From: a virus
Taxonomy: Duplodnaviria > Heunggongvirae > Uroviricota > Caudoviricetes
Reading direction: 5' to 3' (one strand)
Virus record (IMG/VR): IMGVR_UViG_3300031994_000003
Coordinates: 258,820-322,819 of that record
Length of the DNA: 64,000 nt
Shown one piece after another: positions 19,901 through 32,300 of this stretch. The number at the start of each line of letters is the position of its first letter. The stretch's first letter is position 1. Under the pieces are notes generated by a model. That model was not told the origin of the DNA, did no database searches, and worked only from the letters and a program-made list of their open reading frames with translations. The translations under genes were made by a program, and so were the position numbers.

Positions 19901-22900
19901 GTTGTATTCCAAGGTACTCCTATTGAAGGAGATTATTTAGCTAATATTAATGCATGTACAATCACTTCTGGTGATTTATCATTTGCACGTGTTGCATCAA
20001 TTGCTCCATCAACAGTTGTTGGAGATGCTTCAACAGCAGATTATGGTGTAGCAGAACAATTATCTAGATTAGATCACGTACATAGTCAATATTTAACTGA
20101 AGAATTTGAAATCGAATTAACTGGAGATGTTGAAGGTAGTGGTGAAATTGGTGATCCATTACAAACAACTATTACAACATCAGCAGTTACTGAAACTAAG
20201 ATTGCAGATGGTGCAGTTACAAATGCAAAAATTGTAACAGTTTCAGCAGAAAAGATTTTACCTGGAACTATCGGATCTTCTGGAAATGAAGTAGATTTAT
20301 ATGGTAATGCTAGAACAGCATCAAATTTAAGCAAACCAAAATCAACAGGTATTCTATATCAATCTAATGAAAATGAAACAAGTTCATTAGCAGGTACTCT
20401 ATCTCAAGTATTAATTGAAGGTGTAGATAAACCTGAATGGACAAATCAAGAAAATATCACAGCTGGTAATATATTTGGTGGTAAAACAAATGATATTTTA
20501 TATCAAACATCAGCAAATCATACTGGCTTTATAAATGCTCCAAGTTCTCCAATTCAGAATACAATGACATATTCTGGTGGTCAAATTGCTTGGGTAAATA
20601 CAAATACTTTACATGTTGAAGAAGCACGACAAGCAGTAACAGTTTGTGTAAGTACAGGAGCTTCTACTGATATGTTCTTAATGGGTGTTAGAAATCAAAA
20701 TGGCTTCCAAACTCCAGAATCTTCAATGATTAAAGTACAAAATGCTACTATTAAAATGGGTAATAATTCTACAGATGGTACATTACAAGTTGGTGCATCT
20801 GGTTCTCATTTTAATACAATTGTTATTGCAAATGCAAATGCAATGAATAATAAATCTAATGGCAATGGTGTCGGAGATAGTATTAATCTATTCTGGCCTA
20901 GTGATGATGGTAACATCGATACTGTTGAACAACGTAATAAGAAATTAGAAGAATACTTACCATTAATCGGTGGTACTTTAACTGGTTCATTAAATATTCA
21001 TGCAGCAGCTCCTCAATTAGCATTAACTAATACTACTGTTGAAGGAGATAATAAGAACTCTAAGATTATCACAAACACATACAATAATGCAACATTTAAT
21101 ATTGTTGAAACAATATCTGATAAAGATACTGATTCTATTTATGTCGGTGGTACTGGAGTTAATGGCTCTGCACCAGATCAATTAGTTATTAATACTGCAG
21201 CTCAACATAACTCATTAGAGAAAAAAGTAGCTTTAACTGTAAATAATACATCTGTAACATTAGGTGCTAATATTAATATCCTTCCAGGAAATTCAAATAA
21301 TAATTTAGCATCAGCATGCCTTCCTTTCAAATCAGTTTATGCAACTGATTATTTTGAAGGCGAAACAAATATTAATACAATTTATCCTAGAGCAGTTCAA
21401 GATGAAACTGGTGCTTCTGTTCCTACATTAGTAGCAGAAGAAGATTCAGAAACTCCTGATACTGTTATTACATCTGTATCAATTAGTGAAGGTAAATTAC
21501 ATTATACAACAGGAATTCTTCCAGTTGATGATATGGTTCGTCAAAATTATACAAATGATGGCGACTTCCATCCATTAATTATGGCAAATATTGTTGGTGT
21601 AAGTAATGAATCTGGAGTTAGATCAGATGTTCAATATAATAATTCAATTTATGTAAAAGCTAGTACATCTGAATTATATGTTCAAAATATTAAAACTAGT
21701 GGATCTACTCCAACACAATTATTTGGTAATGCTTCAACAGCAACAAAGGCTGCAGCAGTATATGATTCTGAAGCAGAAACTAGTGGTACTAGAGTAATTG
21801 CAGCTGTTTCAGTTGTAGAAGCTAGAGCAACTGCATCAACTCCTGATACATTAGTATATCGTGATTCTTCTGGTAGCTTTTATGCAAATAAGATTTATGT
21901 AGAAGAAATGGAATCTGCAAATGCTAATGGTGAAGCTCATTTAATTGGTAGAGCAGATATTGCAACATTAGCTGATGATGCATCATTTGCATATGCATTA
22001 AAAGACTCAACTAATGAAAATCATACAAGAACAGCACAAACAATTATTACTGAATTAGAAGATGCAACTAATTTAAATACTGGTGATACAATCGTTAAAC
22101 GTGATGCATCTGGTAACTTCCAAGCAACTGTTGTTACAGCAGCTTTAAGTGGTAATGCTTCAACAGCAACTGCATTAGAAACTGCTAGAACATTCTATAT
22201 TACTGGTGGTGTAACTGCAGATGGCGTGTCATTTGATGGTACTGCAAATGTTTCATTAAATGTTACAGCTGTTCAACCAAATGTTATCGTTGCAGGTACA
22301 ATTGGTACTGAATCTGCAAAGGTAAATCTAATTGGTAATGCTAAAACTGCAACAACTGCAACGCACTTAGCAAATGGTTATAAATTCTCAATTCCTATTC
22401 AATCATCATCAAGTAATACAACATTTATTGATTGGGTTGGAGAAAATGAATTACCTTCTAATACTGAAGAATATTTATTATTAGCAACAAATAAGGATAT
22501 TGCTCCTATTTGGGTTAAGAATAGATTCTTACATTTAGATGGTCATGATACAATGAGTGGAGTATTAAATATACTTCCATCAACTAATCAAGATTCATAT
22601 TCATCTTATGGATTAAATTTAAATAATTCTAATATTGGAAAAGTTCATGGTATTTATTTCAATGATACTTTCCATGAAGAAACAATAAATGGCGAACCAA
22701 CACAAGTAGCTAATGTTAATACTGTAGATAAAGGTATTCATTTCTTTAGAGATGATACACATACAGATACATTATATGCTAAATCAGGTAAGATTTATTT
22801 TGTTCCTAATAGAACATTAAATTCTGAAACATATGTTGAAGATGAATTATTACATTCAGATAACTATTTAAGTTATCTTGCAAATACTAATATTACTGAT

Positions 22901-24976
22901 TTAGGTAGCAATGTTTTAAATATTGAAAATATTGATATTAACTTAATTGGTAGTACAAATCAATCTACTACACTATTATCTGTTCCACGTGGTGGTATTG
23001 GAGTTTCAACTATTACTCAAAATGCAATCGTAATTGGTAATGGAACTTCAGCAATTGGAGAAATCACAATTGGCTCATCATTTGAATACTTAAGAGTAAA
23101 TGAAAATGGTGACGGTTATGAATATCATCCATTAGGAACAATGTCTGAAGAAGATTCTGAGACATGGACAGGTAATGAAGCAATCAACTCTGTTGGCACT
23201 ATTACAACTGGTACATGGAATGGTGAAGATATTCTATTAGATTATCTAGATGCTTCTATTTCAGAACATATTAATGATGATACATTACATATTCCATCTG
23301 CTTCTACAAATGGAAAAGTATTAATTTCTGATTCTTCAACAAATAGAGTATGGACCGATAAGATTTTAGTTGGCGATGATAGAGTCGCTGTAAATACAAA
23401 CTTATCTGTAAATGGATCGATTAATGTTTCAGGAACAGCTCATATTTCTGGAGATGTAACATTAGGTGCAGGTATTACAATTGCTGGTTCAACAACAGTT
23501 GTAGATGCAACTACATTATCAACTTCAGATTTATTAATTGAAATTGGTAAGGGTAATACTTCAGCATTAACAAAACACGCTGGTATTTTCGTTCCTAATT
23601 ATGATGGAAAGAATGCTGGTGCATTAGTATTTGATAATAATGGTACAGCATATATTGGTGATGTTGTATTAGATAATGAAGGATTTATTTCTAAAGCAGA
23701 AAAAACATATGATGAAAATGGTAAATTATTAACAGGAAATGATTTACAACCAATTGCTACAAGAGCAAACGTATTAGAACATAATGTAATGATGAAGTGG
23801 GATAATAATGCTAAAACATTAGTTGCAGCAGTTCCTACTGTTGATTATGTTCCACCTCTAAGTGGTTCTGAAAATGTTGAAAATACTTACTATTCTACAA
23901 ATGTAAATTCTAATGGTCTAGTAACTGGTGGTTCAACTACATTAAGTCTTGAAGATGAAAATGTAACTGGAACACTTGCAGCCGAAAGAATTATTTATCA
24001 TTATGACGATACACCTGCAAATATTGTAACTGTTTCTGCAGCATTAGATACAATGGCAGAACGTTTAGCTACAGCAGCTCAAGGTATCACAGCAACTATT
24101 AATGTTTCTGGTGATATTGAAGGTTCTGGTAATGTTGAATCTGGATTATCATTAAATATTGTTGATGGTGCGGTAACTACTTCTAAAGTAGCAGATGGAG
24201 CTATCACAGATGTTAAGATTTATTCAGTATCTCCATCTAAGATTAGTTCAGGTACAATTGGTGCTTCAGATAACGTTGTTAATTTATATGGTAATGCTTC
24301 TACTGCAACAACTGCAAATGTTGCATTACAAGTTAATATGAATACAATTGGAAATACTACTGGATATATCGCAGTAACATCTTCAAGTGCAGGAAATAAT
24401 AATATTTTAGCAACAGATATCGCAGTAACATCAAGTGGTGCAAATAAATATATTAAAGCAATAGCAGAACAAGCAGATATTGCATCTGCAATGAAATTAG
24501 GAACACCAAATTCTACAATTAATGGTGGAAACTATTTCTATGCTACTGATCAAGCATTAAAGATTAAGAACAGTTCTACTGAATCTTATATTGATTTAAA
24601 TTCTCAACAAATTCAAGTTACATCAAGTTCTAATAAGTTCCAAATTGTAACTAATAAAAATATTACAGATCATGCAATTCAGAATTTAACATTAACTTCT
24701 GAATATGGTACTGTAGTAGGTAATGCTGCAGTTGGTTTATCAACTGTTACTGTTAATATTAACGGATTATTACCACAAACAAACTCATTTGATTCACAAT
24801 ATGTAACATTAGCAACTGCACAAAATATTCCTGCAGCTAAATCATTTGGCTCTGGAATTACATTAGGCAAAACTAATAGTCAAGGAGCTATAACATATAC
24901 AAATCAAGGTTGTACAATGAAATATAATGACACAAAGAAATGTGTTCAATTCATATTCTCATCAACTGCAAGTTAA
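16928..24976 (+). CDS. Long tail fibre protein (2682 aa)
   Basis: Two NPHQVT(A/K)(S/A)QVGLG.V.N phage tail repeats, GNASTAT repeats, VT..KIADGAVT repeats; S/T/N/G-rich; modules shared with 26343-32558. Confidence 0.8.
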   Translation: MADENIKAKNTQQIDRLSNSEIQLGLRTGAKISASNEAFTSNKLIRYSSDITQLKSPKDLTPKEYVDELIQDTNFNITNALVNRIVPGTRINSAYNDGKETLEISLGEAYTPDFSSKFINEVKDENVSYPVAAIRAADESYYYSYGIFTGQTDSKYGKFAAPSSDANAGMGAVISAIKVDKYGSVIGVDYKKISTSDLDNTGGAYDNYRAWVLKVGDVAGYVTGINNAPKEGEKPDATFGNTFELEFAGSGITPTISTNGTSHKVTFTPYLDTNYLTMVGAEGSANAQISHKLQNQTGQPMVDTAKILKATVDAAGHITSVEPINKDDIAQDLQLQTFGPGANESLSEGLVHGLDSSHTDNNTTTNTLFYTSQGKWGSIPFAGVSINNSSNNEDVPIVAGSSNITELKKSSSVTLNPLTGEIKATQFTGNGSQLTNLNAAAITTNVLNQNVIPSIPLSKGGLGRAITANDVNGILVVKEDNNSAPSIESIQIDENRLGSGDNYVLTQSRSHPENIEFKSSNDLINTYITDNKVTKIQATIGTAEGSDILLESNNQAINLHELIVSRQYKIGYIYQATSAFLVKDSDGNKTYDYKIKAGDFIYAIKNYNDAGYPKFNVIQSYYELPEITEGATKTEASNLNGYVKINDIDTLVYQLPEATDDELGGVIVDTSLSIGAQSGHVLATSVVSSELNNLANYTASVETQITDHTSDTSNPHQVTASQVGLGDVVNAPMDNDPTANSINYVKSGGVFSAIASVNSDIEGVSTSLQTHVNNTNNPHQVTKAQVGLGSVENKTMVYPENRTELDNLGDEDIANGNYATAGLVAAYAKDIYGKIIGDQEFNNVVITGSLTVQGDVTSLQTSTLEVEDQLVELDRRDDKTVPLAGYAGLFVDTYDGDTQDSKVVAMAFDSQGIAYVGHAKLDANGLIPVNGQDTHLQPIATRVGFDNLTVNPMVKFNIQQKTLVPAEEGTDYLSSRSILPAENLRGTIQASVVFQGTPIEGDYLANINACTITSGDLSFARVASIAPSTVVGDASTADYGVAEQLSRLDHVHSQYLTEEFEIELTGDVEGSGEIGDPLQTTITTSAVTETKIADGAVTNAKIVTVSAEKILPGTIGSSGNEVDLYGNARTASNLSKPKSTGILYQSNENETSSLAGTLSQVLIEGVDKPEWTNQENITAGNIFGGKTNDILYQTSANHTGFINAPSSPIQNTMTYSGGQIAWVNTNTLHVEEARQAVTVCVSTGASTDMFLMGVRNQNGFQTPESSMIKVQNATIKMGNNSTDGTLQVGASGSHFNTIVIANANAMNNKSNGNGVGDSINLFWPSDDGNIDTVEQRNKKLEEYLPLIGGTLTGSLNIHAAAPQLALTNTTVEGDNKNSKIITNTYNNATFNIVETISDKDTDSIYVGGTGVNGSAPDQLVINTAAQHNSLEKKVALTVNNTSVTLGANINILPGNSNNNLASACLPFKSVYATDYFEGETNINTIYPRAVQDETGASVPTLVAEEDSETPDTVITSVSISEGKLHYTTGILPVDDMVRQNYTNDGDFHPLIMANIVGVSNESGVRSDVQYNNSIYVKASTSELYVQNIKTSGSTPTQLFGNASTATKAAAVYDSEAETSGTRVIAAVSVVEARATASTPDTLVYRDSSGSFYANKIYVEEMESANANGEAHLIGRADIATLADDASFAYALKDSTNENHTRTAQTIITELEDATNLNTGDTIVKRDASGNFQATVVTAALSGNASTATALETARTFYITGGVTADGVSFDGTANVSLNVTAVQPNVIVAGTIGTESAKVNLIGNAKTATTATHLANGYKFSIPIQSSSSNTTFIDWVGENELPSNTEEYLLLATNKDIAPIWVKNRFLHLDGHDTMSGVLNILPSTNQDSYSSYGLNLNNSNIGKVHGIYFNDTFHEETINGEPTQVANVNTVDKGIHFFRDDTHTDTLYAKSGKIYFVPNRTLNSETYVEDELLHSDNYLSYLANTNITDLGSNVLNIENIDINLIGSTNQSTTLLSVPRGGIGVSTITQNAIVIGNGTSAIGEITIGSSFEYLRVNENGDGYEYHPLGTMSEEDSETWTGNEAINSVGTITTGTWNGEDILLDYLDASISEHINDDTLHIPSASTNGKVLISDSSTNRVWTDKILVGDDRVAVNTNLSVNGSINVSGTAHISGDVTLGAGITIAGSTTVVDATTLSTSDLLIEIGKGNTSALTKHAGIFVPNYDGKNAGALVFDNNGTAYIGDVVLDNEGFISKAEKTYDENGKLLTGNDLQPIATRANVLEHNVMMKWDNNAKTLVAAVPTVDYVPPLSGSENVENTYYSTNVNSNGLVTGGSTTLSLEDENVTGTLAAERIIYHYDDTPANIVTVSAALDTMAERLATAAQGITATINVSGDIEGSGNVESGLSLNIVDGAVTTSKVADGAITDVKIYSVSPSKISSGTIGASDNVVNLYGNASTATTANVALQVNMNTIGNTTGYIAVTSSSAGNNNILATDIAVTSSGANKYIKAIAEQADIASAMKLGTPNSTINGGNYFYATDQALKIKNSSTESYIDLNSQQIQVTSSSNKFQIVTNKNITDHAIQNLTLTSEYGTVVGNAAVGLSTVTVNINGLLPQTNSFDSQYVTLATAQNIPAAKSFGSGITLGKTNSQGAITYTNQGCTMKYNDTKKCVQFIFSSTAS

Positions 24977-24980
24977 TAAA

Positions 24981-25019
24981 AGATAGAAGTCATTAATTGG
25001 CTTCTATCTCTTCTTTTTT
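24981..25019 (+). terminator. Intrinsic terminator
   Basis: Stem AGATAGAAGTC/GGCTTCTATCT (one G:U pair), then a pyrimidine/T tract. Confidence 0.7.
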
Positions 25020-25036
25020 GTAAAAAATACTTCTTG

Positions 25037-25050
25037 AACAATTTATTATA
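25037..25050 (+). promoter_or_regulatory. Putative late promoter AACAATTTATTATA
   Basis: After a terminator, 22 nt upstream of the ATG at 25073. Confidence 0.7.
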
Positions 25051-25072
25051 TGAAAAAGAGGAGAGATATATT

Positions 25073-25552
25073 ATGGTTAATATTAACGGAATAGAATATC
25101 CAACATTAATGCCAGACGAATTTTTCGAAAAGAAATTTGCTGAACAAGAAAAAATAATTAAAGAGTTTTTAGAAAAATATAAAGAATTACATAAAGATGA
25201 TGAAAATAATCCAATCGAGTTAGATATTGATATAACTGCAAAACCTGGCGAAGATAATACAATAACACTTCCAACAAATATTGATGATACTATTATAACA
25301 GCAACTATAGATCAGTCACAAGGCATATTAAATGGAACAAAATGTATGCATTTAGTAAATATTACATATGACAATGCAACACAAAGATATGTTAGTTATT
25401 GTTCATTATGCGGTAAAATTCTAGATTCACAATCATTAAAAACAAATAAAGATAATAAACCTAGAATGTTATCAGAATCAAAAATTACAAAAATTGGTAA
25501 AAAAGATAAAAATAATATAAAAAAAGATAAAGATAATAATACTCGTAAATAA
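25073..25552 (+). CDS. Hypothetical protein with a possible Zn-binding site (CxH...CxxC) and basic C-terminal tail
   Basis: RBS GAGGAG at 25058-25063 favours ATG 25073; the ORF-track TTG 25034 start overlaps the promoter motif. Confidence 0.65.
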   Translation: MVNINGIEYPTLMPDEFFEKKFAEQEKIIKEFLEKYKELHKDDENNPIELDIDITAKPGEDNTITLPTNIDDTIITATIDQSQGILNGTKCMHLVNITYDNATQRYVSYCSLCGKILDSQSLKTNKDNKPRMLSESKITKIGKKDKNNIKKDKDNNTRK

Positions 25553-25568
25553 GAAATAGGGTGATATC

Positions 25569-26330
25569 ATGCCAACATCAACATTTGAAACAGCTGAAAA
25601 TAGTAAGAATTTAGTTGTATTATATGATTTTGATTATGTAATTTCTAATGAATATTTCCCAAATGCAGGAAATCCAAATTATAATTTATTTCCTTCTAGC
25701 GGGACTGTTGCAAATATAACTGATGCTAAACTAAATGATAAATCACTTATTCTAACAGGAAGTAAATATTATTATACTAAAGTAAATTTAAATCTTACTC
25801 CAGTAACAATAATGTTCTGGTTTAAAGTTAAAAAAATATATAATGATACAAGAATACTAAAAATTGGTAATATAGAATTATCATATTCTGATGGCGTATT
25901 TAATTTAAATAATACATTAATTAATAAAACAACTGAAAATATGAGCGATTGGAATTTAATTACATTGAGTATTTCTTCAAGCTCTGTATCATTTTATATA
26001 AATAAAACATTATATAGAACTATATCTGGTACATATAGCCCAACAGATTTTATACTAGGCCCAAGTACTTCTACAACAAGTGAGTTTTATATAAATGAAT
26101 TTAAAATATTTAATTCAATATTAACAGAAGGAGAAATTCAATTTATGTTTGATACTCCTATTGCTATAGATGAATTAGGTAATTTATGGTGTAAATCAAT
26201 TCAATATTCAGAAAATGTAGAATATTATGAAACTGGAAATGTTCTATGTCCTGAGATTGAAGATTCATCTGATACATTAGAAATATATGAAAATAAAATT
26301 GTAGTAGATGAAATTAAACAAATATTTTAA
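25569..26330 (+). CDS. LamG/concanavalin A-like domain structural protein
   Basis: TIMFWFK...WNLITLS...FYIN...FYINEFKIFNSILTEGEIQ is a typical LamG_3 pattern. Confidence 0.7.
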   Translation: MPTSTFETAENSKNLVVLYDFDYVISNEYFPNAGNPNYNLFPSSGTVANITDAKLNDKSLILTGSKYYYTKVNLNLTPVTIMFWFKVKKIYNDTRILKIGNIELSYSDGVFNLNNTLINKTTENMSDWNLITLSISSSSVSFYINKTLYRTISGTYSPTDFILGPSTSTTSEFYINEFKIFNSILTEGEIQFMFDTPIAIDELGNLWCKSIQYSENVEYYETGNVLCPEIEDSSDTLEIYENKIVVDEIKQIF

Positions 26331-26342
26331 GGATGTGATTTT

Positions 26343-29300
26343 ATGGCTAATAAATTAAAATCAACAACAATACAAGGCGATCTATTAGTAACAAGTAATA
26401 CTAAAGTAGATGGAACAATAATCGGTAATGTATCTGGTAATGCTACATCTGCAGATAAAGTAGATATTACTACTGCAGCTAATGGTTCATCTTTAAAAAT
26501 AATTGCAACTAATTCAGCAGGAGTAAAATCTCCTAGTGTAGTTCCAAATGCAAATATTACTATTGATAACTCTGGAGCAGTATCTATTAGTGTTAATGGT
26601 TCTATTAATGCAAATAATGTTACTGCGACTACATTATCTGGTAATGGTGCAGGTATTACTGATATCAATGCAGCAAATATAACAGGAACTATTGATGAAA
26701 GTTTAATTGATATTACTACAAAAGCAAATATTGCAACAGCTGTATCTACTGCAGTTACATTAGGTAATTCAAGTCAAACATTAACTATAAATGCATCAAA
26801 TACAACTGTTAATGGAGATACATCATTTACTGGAAATGTTAATATTTCTGGTAACGTTAATATTGGTGGAGGTATTTCTATTGATGGAGATAAAACAATA
26901 GTAGATGCAACAACATTAAGTACAACAGATACTTTAATTGAATTAGGTAAAGGCAATACAACAGCATTAACAAATTATGCAGGTTTCTATGTTCCGAAGT
27001 ATGATGGAACTAATACTGGTGCATTAGTATTTGATAAAAATGGTGTTGCAAGAGTAGGCGATGTCACAGTTAGTGCAGATGGAACATTATTATCTGCAAA
27101 TCAATCTGGCTCATCATCAAGCACATCTCTACAACCATTAGCAACTCGTAATGAGTCAATAACTCATGATAATATGCTTAAATGGGATAATGTAAATAAA
27201 ACTATTGTTGGTGCATCTGCATCTGATATTAGAGCAATTTATATTTCTGATGCAAATGATGGTAAAGTTGCATTTGTATCTAATTCTGGAAATACATCTA
27301 ATATTTATAGATCAGATATTGTTATCACTTCTAAAAATTCAATTAGTGGTGTAGAAGATATAACTTCTAATACAGTAACAACTAATACTGTCACTGCAAC
27401 AGTAGGAATTACTACTGCAACACTAAATTCTGATTCTATTGTAAATGGTAAAATAGAATTATCTAGTGATAATCTTATTGTTAAAGGATCTAATAATGAA
27501 ACTGTTATTGAGTTATCATCAAACGGAAATATTGATGCTGTAACTGCATCTATTCCAACAGTAACAGGTAATTTAGTTGGTAATGCCGATACTGCAACAA
27601 CTTTATTAAATTCTAGAAATATTAGTATAAAAGGTGGTGCAACTGCAGCACCAGTAGCATTTAATGGATCTGCAAATGTAGAATTAAATGTTACAGCAGT
27701 TAAACCAAGTGTAATCGTAACAGGTACAATTGGTACATCAACTGATAAAGTAGATTTAGTTGGTAATGCAGAATCTGCTACAGTAGCAAGTAGTTTAACA
27801 ACTTCTACTGCAGGAACATCATCAACTCCAGTATATTTTAGTGGTGGTATTCCAGTTGCAACTTCTACAACATTAGGAGTTTGTATTTCTGGTATTGCAG
27901 CTAAATCAGATACTGAATATGTTAAAAATTTAACAAATAATGAAACTACTACATACCTTACTGGTGTAATTGGTAATGTAGATGGATATGAACAAGAAAA
28001 ACGTTCAGGAATTAAAGCTACAATTAGCTCTAATATTGTAGAATTAACTACAACAGCAGCTAACGGAAGTGTAAATATTTCTGGTCAAGCAAAAACTGTT
28101 GCAGAAACAATTAATTTAAGCAAAAATACATCTGGTTCTATTAATTTAGGATCTGCTACAGGATCAAGAACATTAGATGTAACAATTACAAATATTGGTG
28201 ATACAACAGTCAGCAGTAATATTCCAGTTCATCAAACATTGAGTATAGATTCAGATAAGTCTTTACAATTCAATGGATCTGCAAATAATTGGACATTAAA
28301 CACAAGTACAAATGATTTAATTATTGATAGTAATGGAACTGGAAAAATAGTATTTAATAAGAATACTGATGTATTAGGAACATTACGTGCTCCATTAATT
28401 AAATCTGAAGTTATGCAAATGTACTTAACAAATCAATCTGCATCTTCAGAACATCCTGATTATATAAAATTAGAACCAAACATGGTTTTAAATGATAATG
28501 ATATAAGTTTCTATGGATCACTTAAGTTTAATAGATATACATATGATTCATCAACTGGCACTTATAATATAGATAATATGAAAACTAAGGCTGGTAGCGA
28601 ATCAGATGTAGCAAGTGCATTATATCCTGTTATTGTAGATTCATCAACTGGTCATGCAATTAAACAAGATTCTGCTACAGCAGAAGGTGAAATATTAAAA
28701 CTATACCAAGGCGGTATTATTTCTGCAAAACCTGGTGTAGATTATTTAACTGCAGCAGCCGATATTATAGCAAAATCAATTTATGCTTCTCCAATAGATC
28801 AAAACACAAGTGGTATTAATAACTATGAATCAAGTGATTCTAATGGCACAGTAACTGAAAATACAGAAAGTTTAAGAAATGTATTATTTATGCCATTCTA
28901 TCAATTAACTAAAATTAGAAGAACAAGAAATTTAGTTAATGAAAATGGTTATGAATTAAAAGCTGTATTACCACAAAATATGATTATTAATAATGATGGT
29001 ACTGCATCATTAAATACAGAACTTCCTACACCAACAGAAGGATATTTATATCCATATATTGAAAGAAAGATAACTGTTCAAGGTTCAAATAATTTCAATG
29101 AAGGTTATGTTATTCATGGTAAAATAACAACTGCTGAAATTGCTGAAACAGTTAATAACTTCAGTGTAAGTACTCCAATAAATAATAGCACAAATATTGC
29201 AATGTTATATAATGTTGCAGCATCAACAACTAAGTCTGCTGTTATAGAATCTGGAAAAATCATTGGTACAACAACAAATGCTGATAGTAAAGTAGAATTA

Positions 29301-32300
29301 ACTGGATTAACTTATACTGCAATTAATAGTGGAAATACTATTGTATATAGGGATGCATCTGGTAATTTTACAGCAGGAACTATTACTGCATCATTATCAG
29401 GAAATGCTACTACCGCTACAACATTAGCAACTGCTAGAGAATTTAGTATTACTGGAGGAGCTACTGCATCACCAGTATCATTTAACGGTAATGGAAATGT
29501 TGCATTAAATGTAACATCTATTGCACCAAGCGTAATTGCTTCTGGTACTATTGGTACTACTACAAATAAAGTAAATCTAATAGGTAATGCAGCAACTGCT
29601 ACAGAAGCAGATAAAGCTAAGAAGTTAAGTGTTTCTAGAAATATTAAAATTCAAGGTGAAAACTTAACAGAAGCAGACGCAAATAATAATGCTACAGTTT
29701 CAGCAGCATTTGATGGATCTGCAGATATTTTATTAAAAATTAATAGAAAAATAATTCATGATGCATTAGGATTCGATCCAGTTGATGATGCATCAGCAAT
29801 GACATATCAAGGAACTATTTCCTCATCTGATACAATATCAGATTCAAATTTAGTAAATGGTGATGTTTATATAGCATCTAGTGCATTTACATTTAAATAT
29901 AATACAACAACAGGTGCAGTCATGGGCTCATCTGCATCAGGTGCTGGTTTAACAAGTATTAAAGTAGAAACTGGCGATATGTTAATATTCTATAAAAAAG
30001 TATCAGGAAACACAACTACAATTCGTTGGAATGCAATTGAAAAGAATTCAGACGATCTTATATCATTTGTTGGAACAATTGCAAATATTCAAGCAAATGA
30101 AATTCCTATTTTTAATGCAACAAAAGATAAGAATTTAAAGACAACTGGAATTACAGTTTCTGGTACAACAATTAATGCAAATATTAGTGGTTATGCACCA
30201 ACTGCAGGAGCAGCTTCAACAGCAACTGCATTTGCATCTAATGCAACTATACAATTAACTGGCCCAGTAACAGGATCTGTTTCATCATCTCATGGATGGA
30301 CAATTTCTACAACAATTACTGATAGTGCTGTTACAACAACTAAAATCTCTACAAATGCTGTTACAACAGCTAAAATAGCAGATTCTAATGTTACAACAGC
30401 TAAAATAGCAAATAGTGCAGTTACAAATGCAAAAATTAGTTCAGTTAATCCAAGTAAAATTGTTGGAGAAACTGGTGATACTATAATTGGTTCATCAGAA
30501 AATGTTATTAATTTATATGGTAATGCATCTACTGCAACTTCAGCAACTGTTGCAAGTAGTTTATCTACTGCATCAGCTGGATCTACGACTTTACCTGTTT
30601 ATTTTGCAGATGGTATTCCTGTTATAACATCTACAACATTAGGAGTGTGCATTTCAGGAACAGCAGCTAAGGCAACAACTGTTGCAGTTACTACTATTTC
30701 AGCATCAACTAATAATAACTATAATTTAACATCAGTAGATAATTCTGGTAATATTCAAAAATTGCCAAATATTAGTTATAATCCTAGTACAAATAGATTA
30801 ACAGTTGGAACAGTAAGTGCTAATTTATATGGTAATGCATCTACTGCAACAACTGCAAGTTATGCACATGTATTGGCATCTACTACTACAGTAAATAATG
30901 CAACAACAGAAGCACCACTAAATATTGGAACTTCTACAGTCCCTGTTTATTTTGCAAACGGTATTCCTGTTATAACATCTACAACATTAGATGTATGTAT
31001 CTCTGGTAAAGCTACTACTGCTGGAGCAGCAGATACTGCAAGTGCTGCATCTAATTTATCTGGAACAACAAAGAATTCAATTCCATATCAAAGCGCAAGC
31101 AAAACAACATCATATGTGTCTGGTACTGCAAATAGTGTGCTAGGATGGAATTCTAGTACTAATATAGAAAAATTTGGTGTTGCAAATGTTTTACCAGCAA
31201 ACGGAACAGCATTAGTTCAAGCAGTAAATGGTAATTTTACAGCAGGAACAATTACTGCTACATTAAGTGGTAATGCATCTACTGCAACAGAATTTGCATC
31301 TAATGCAACAGTTAAATTAACTGGAGATATAACTGGTTCTTCAACAGGAAAACATGGTTGGGAAGTATCAACTACAATTGCAAATAATGCAATAACAACA
31401 GCTAAGATAGCAGACTCTAATGTTACAACAGCTAAAGTAGCAGATAATGCTATTACAGATGCTAAGATTAATTCTTTATCACCAAGTAAAATTACAACAG
31501 GAACAATTGGTTCTGCTAATGCTATTGTAAATTTAGTTGGAGATGTAACAGGTAATGCATCTACAGCAACTAATTTAAATGTAAAGTCAATCGTAAGTAC
31601 ATCTACAGCATATTTAGTAGGTGTAGTAACTTCAACTGCCGGAAATAAAACAGTGTATAGTACATCTAGTATAACATTTAACGGAAATGTTATTACCGCA
31701 GCATTAAGTGGTAATGCATCTACAGCAACAGCATTTGCGTCTAATGCAACAGTTAATTTAACTGGAGATGTAACCGGTTCTGTATCTGGAACTCATGGTT
31801 GGGAAGTATCAACTACAATTGCAAATAATGCAATAACAACAGCCAAGATTAAAGACAATGCTGTAACTGGTGGAAAGATTAATAGTGGCTCTATTACAAA
31901 CGCTCATATAGCAACAACAGGTATTCAACCTGGAACTATTAAAGCAGGAACAAATGATGACACAATTGGTTCAGCAACAAATGTTATTAATTTATATGGT
32001 AATGCTGGAACAGCATCTGCATTTGCATCTAATGCAACAATTGAATTAACTGGAGATGTAACAGGTTCTGTATCTGGAACTCATGGTTGGTCAATAAGCA
32101 CTGATTTAGCAGCAAATGTTGTAACATCAACAGAACTTGCTAGTAGTGCAGTATATACTGAGCATATTGTTGATGGAAATGTAACAACAGCTAAGATTAA
32201 AGATAATGCTGTAACTGGTGGCAAGATTGCTAGTAGCTCTATTACAAATGCTCATATAGCATCAACAGGTATTCAACCTGGAACTATTAAAGCAACTAGC

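Noticed and set aside
25034-25072. ORF-track N-terminal extension MNNLLYEKEERYI
   Set aside because: It is the translation of the promoter motif and RBS; the SD-led ATG at 25073 is the better start.
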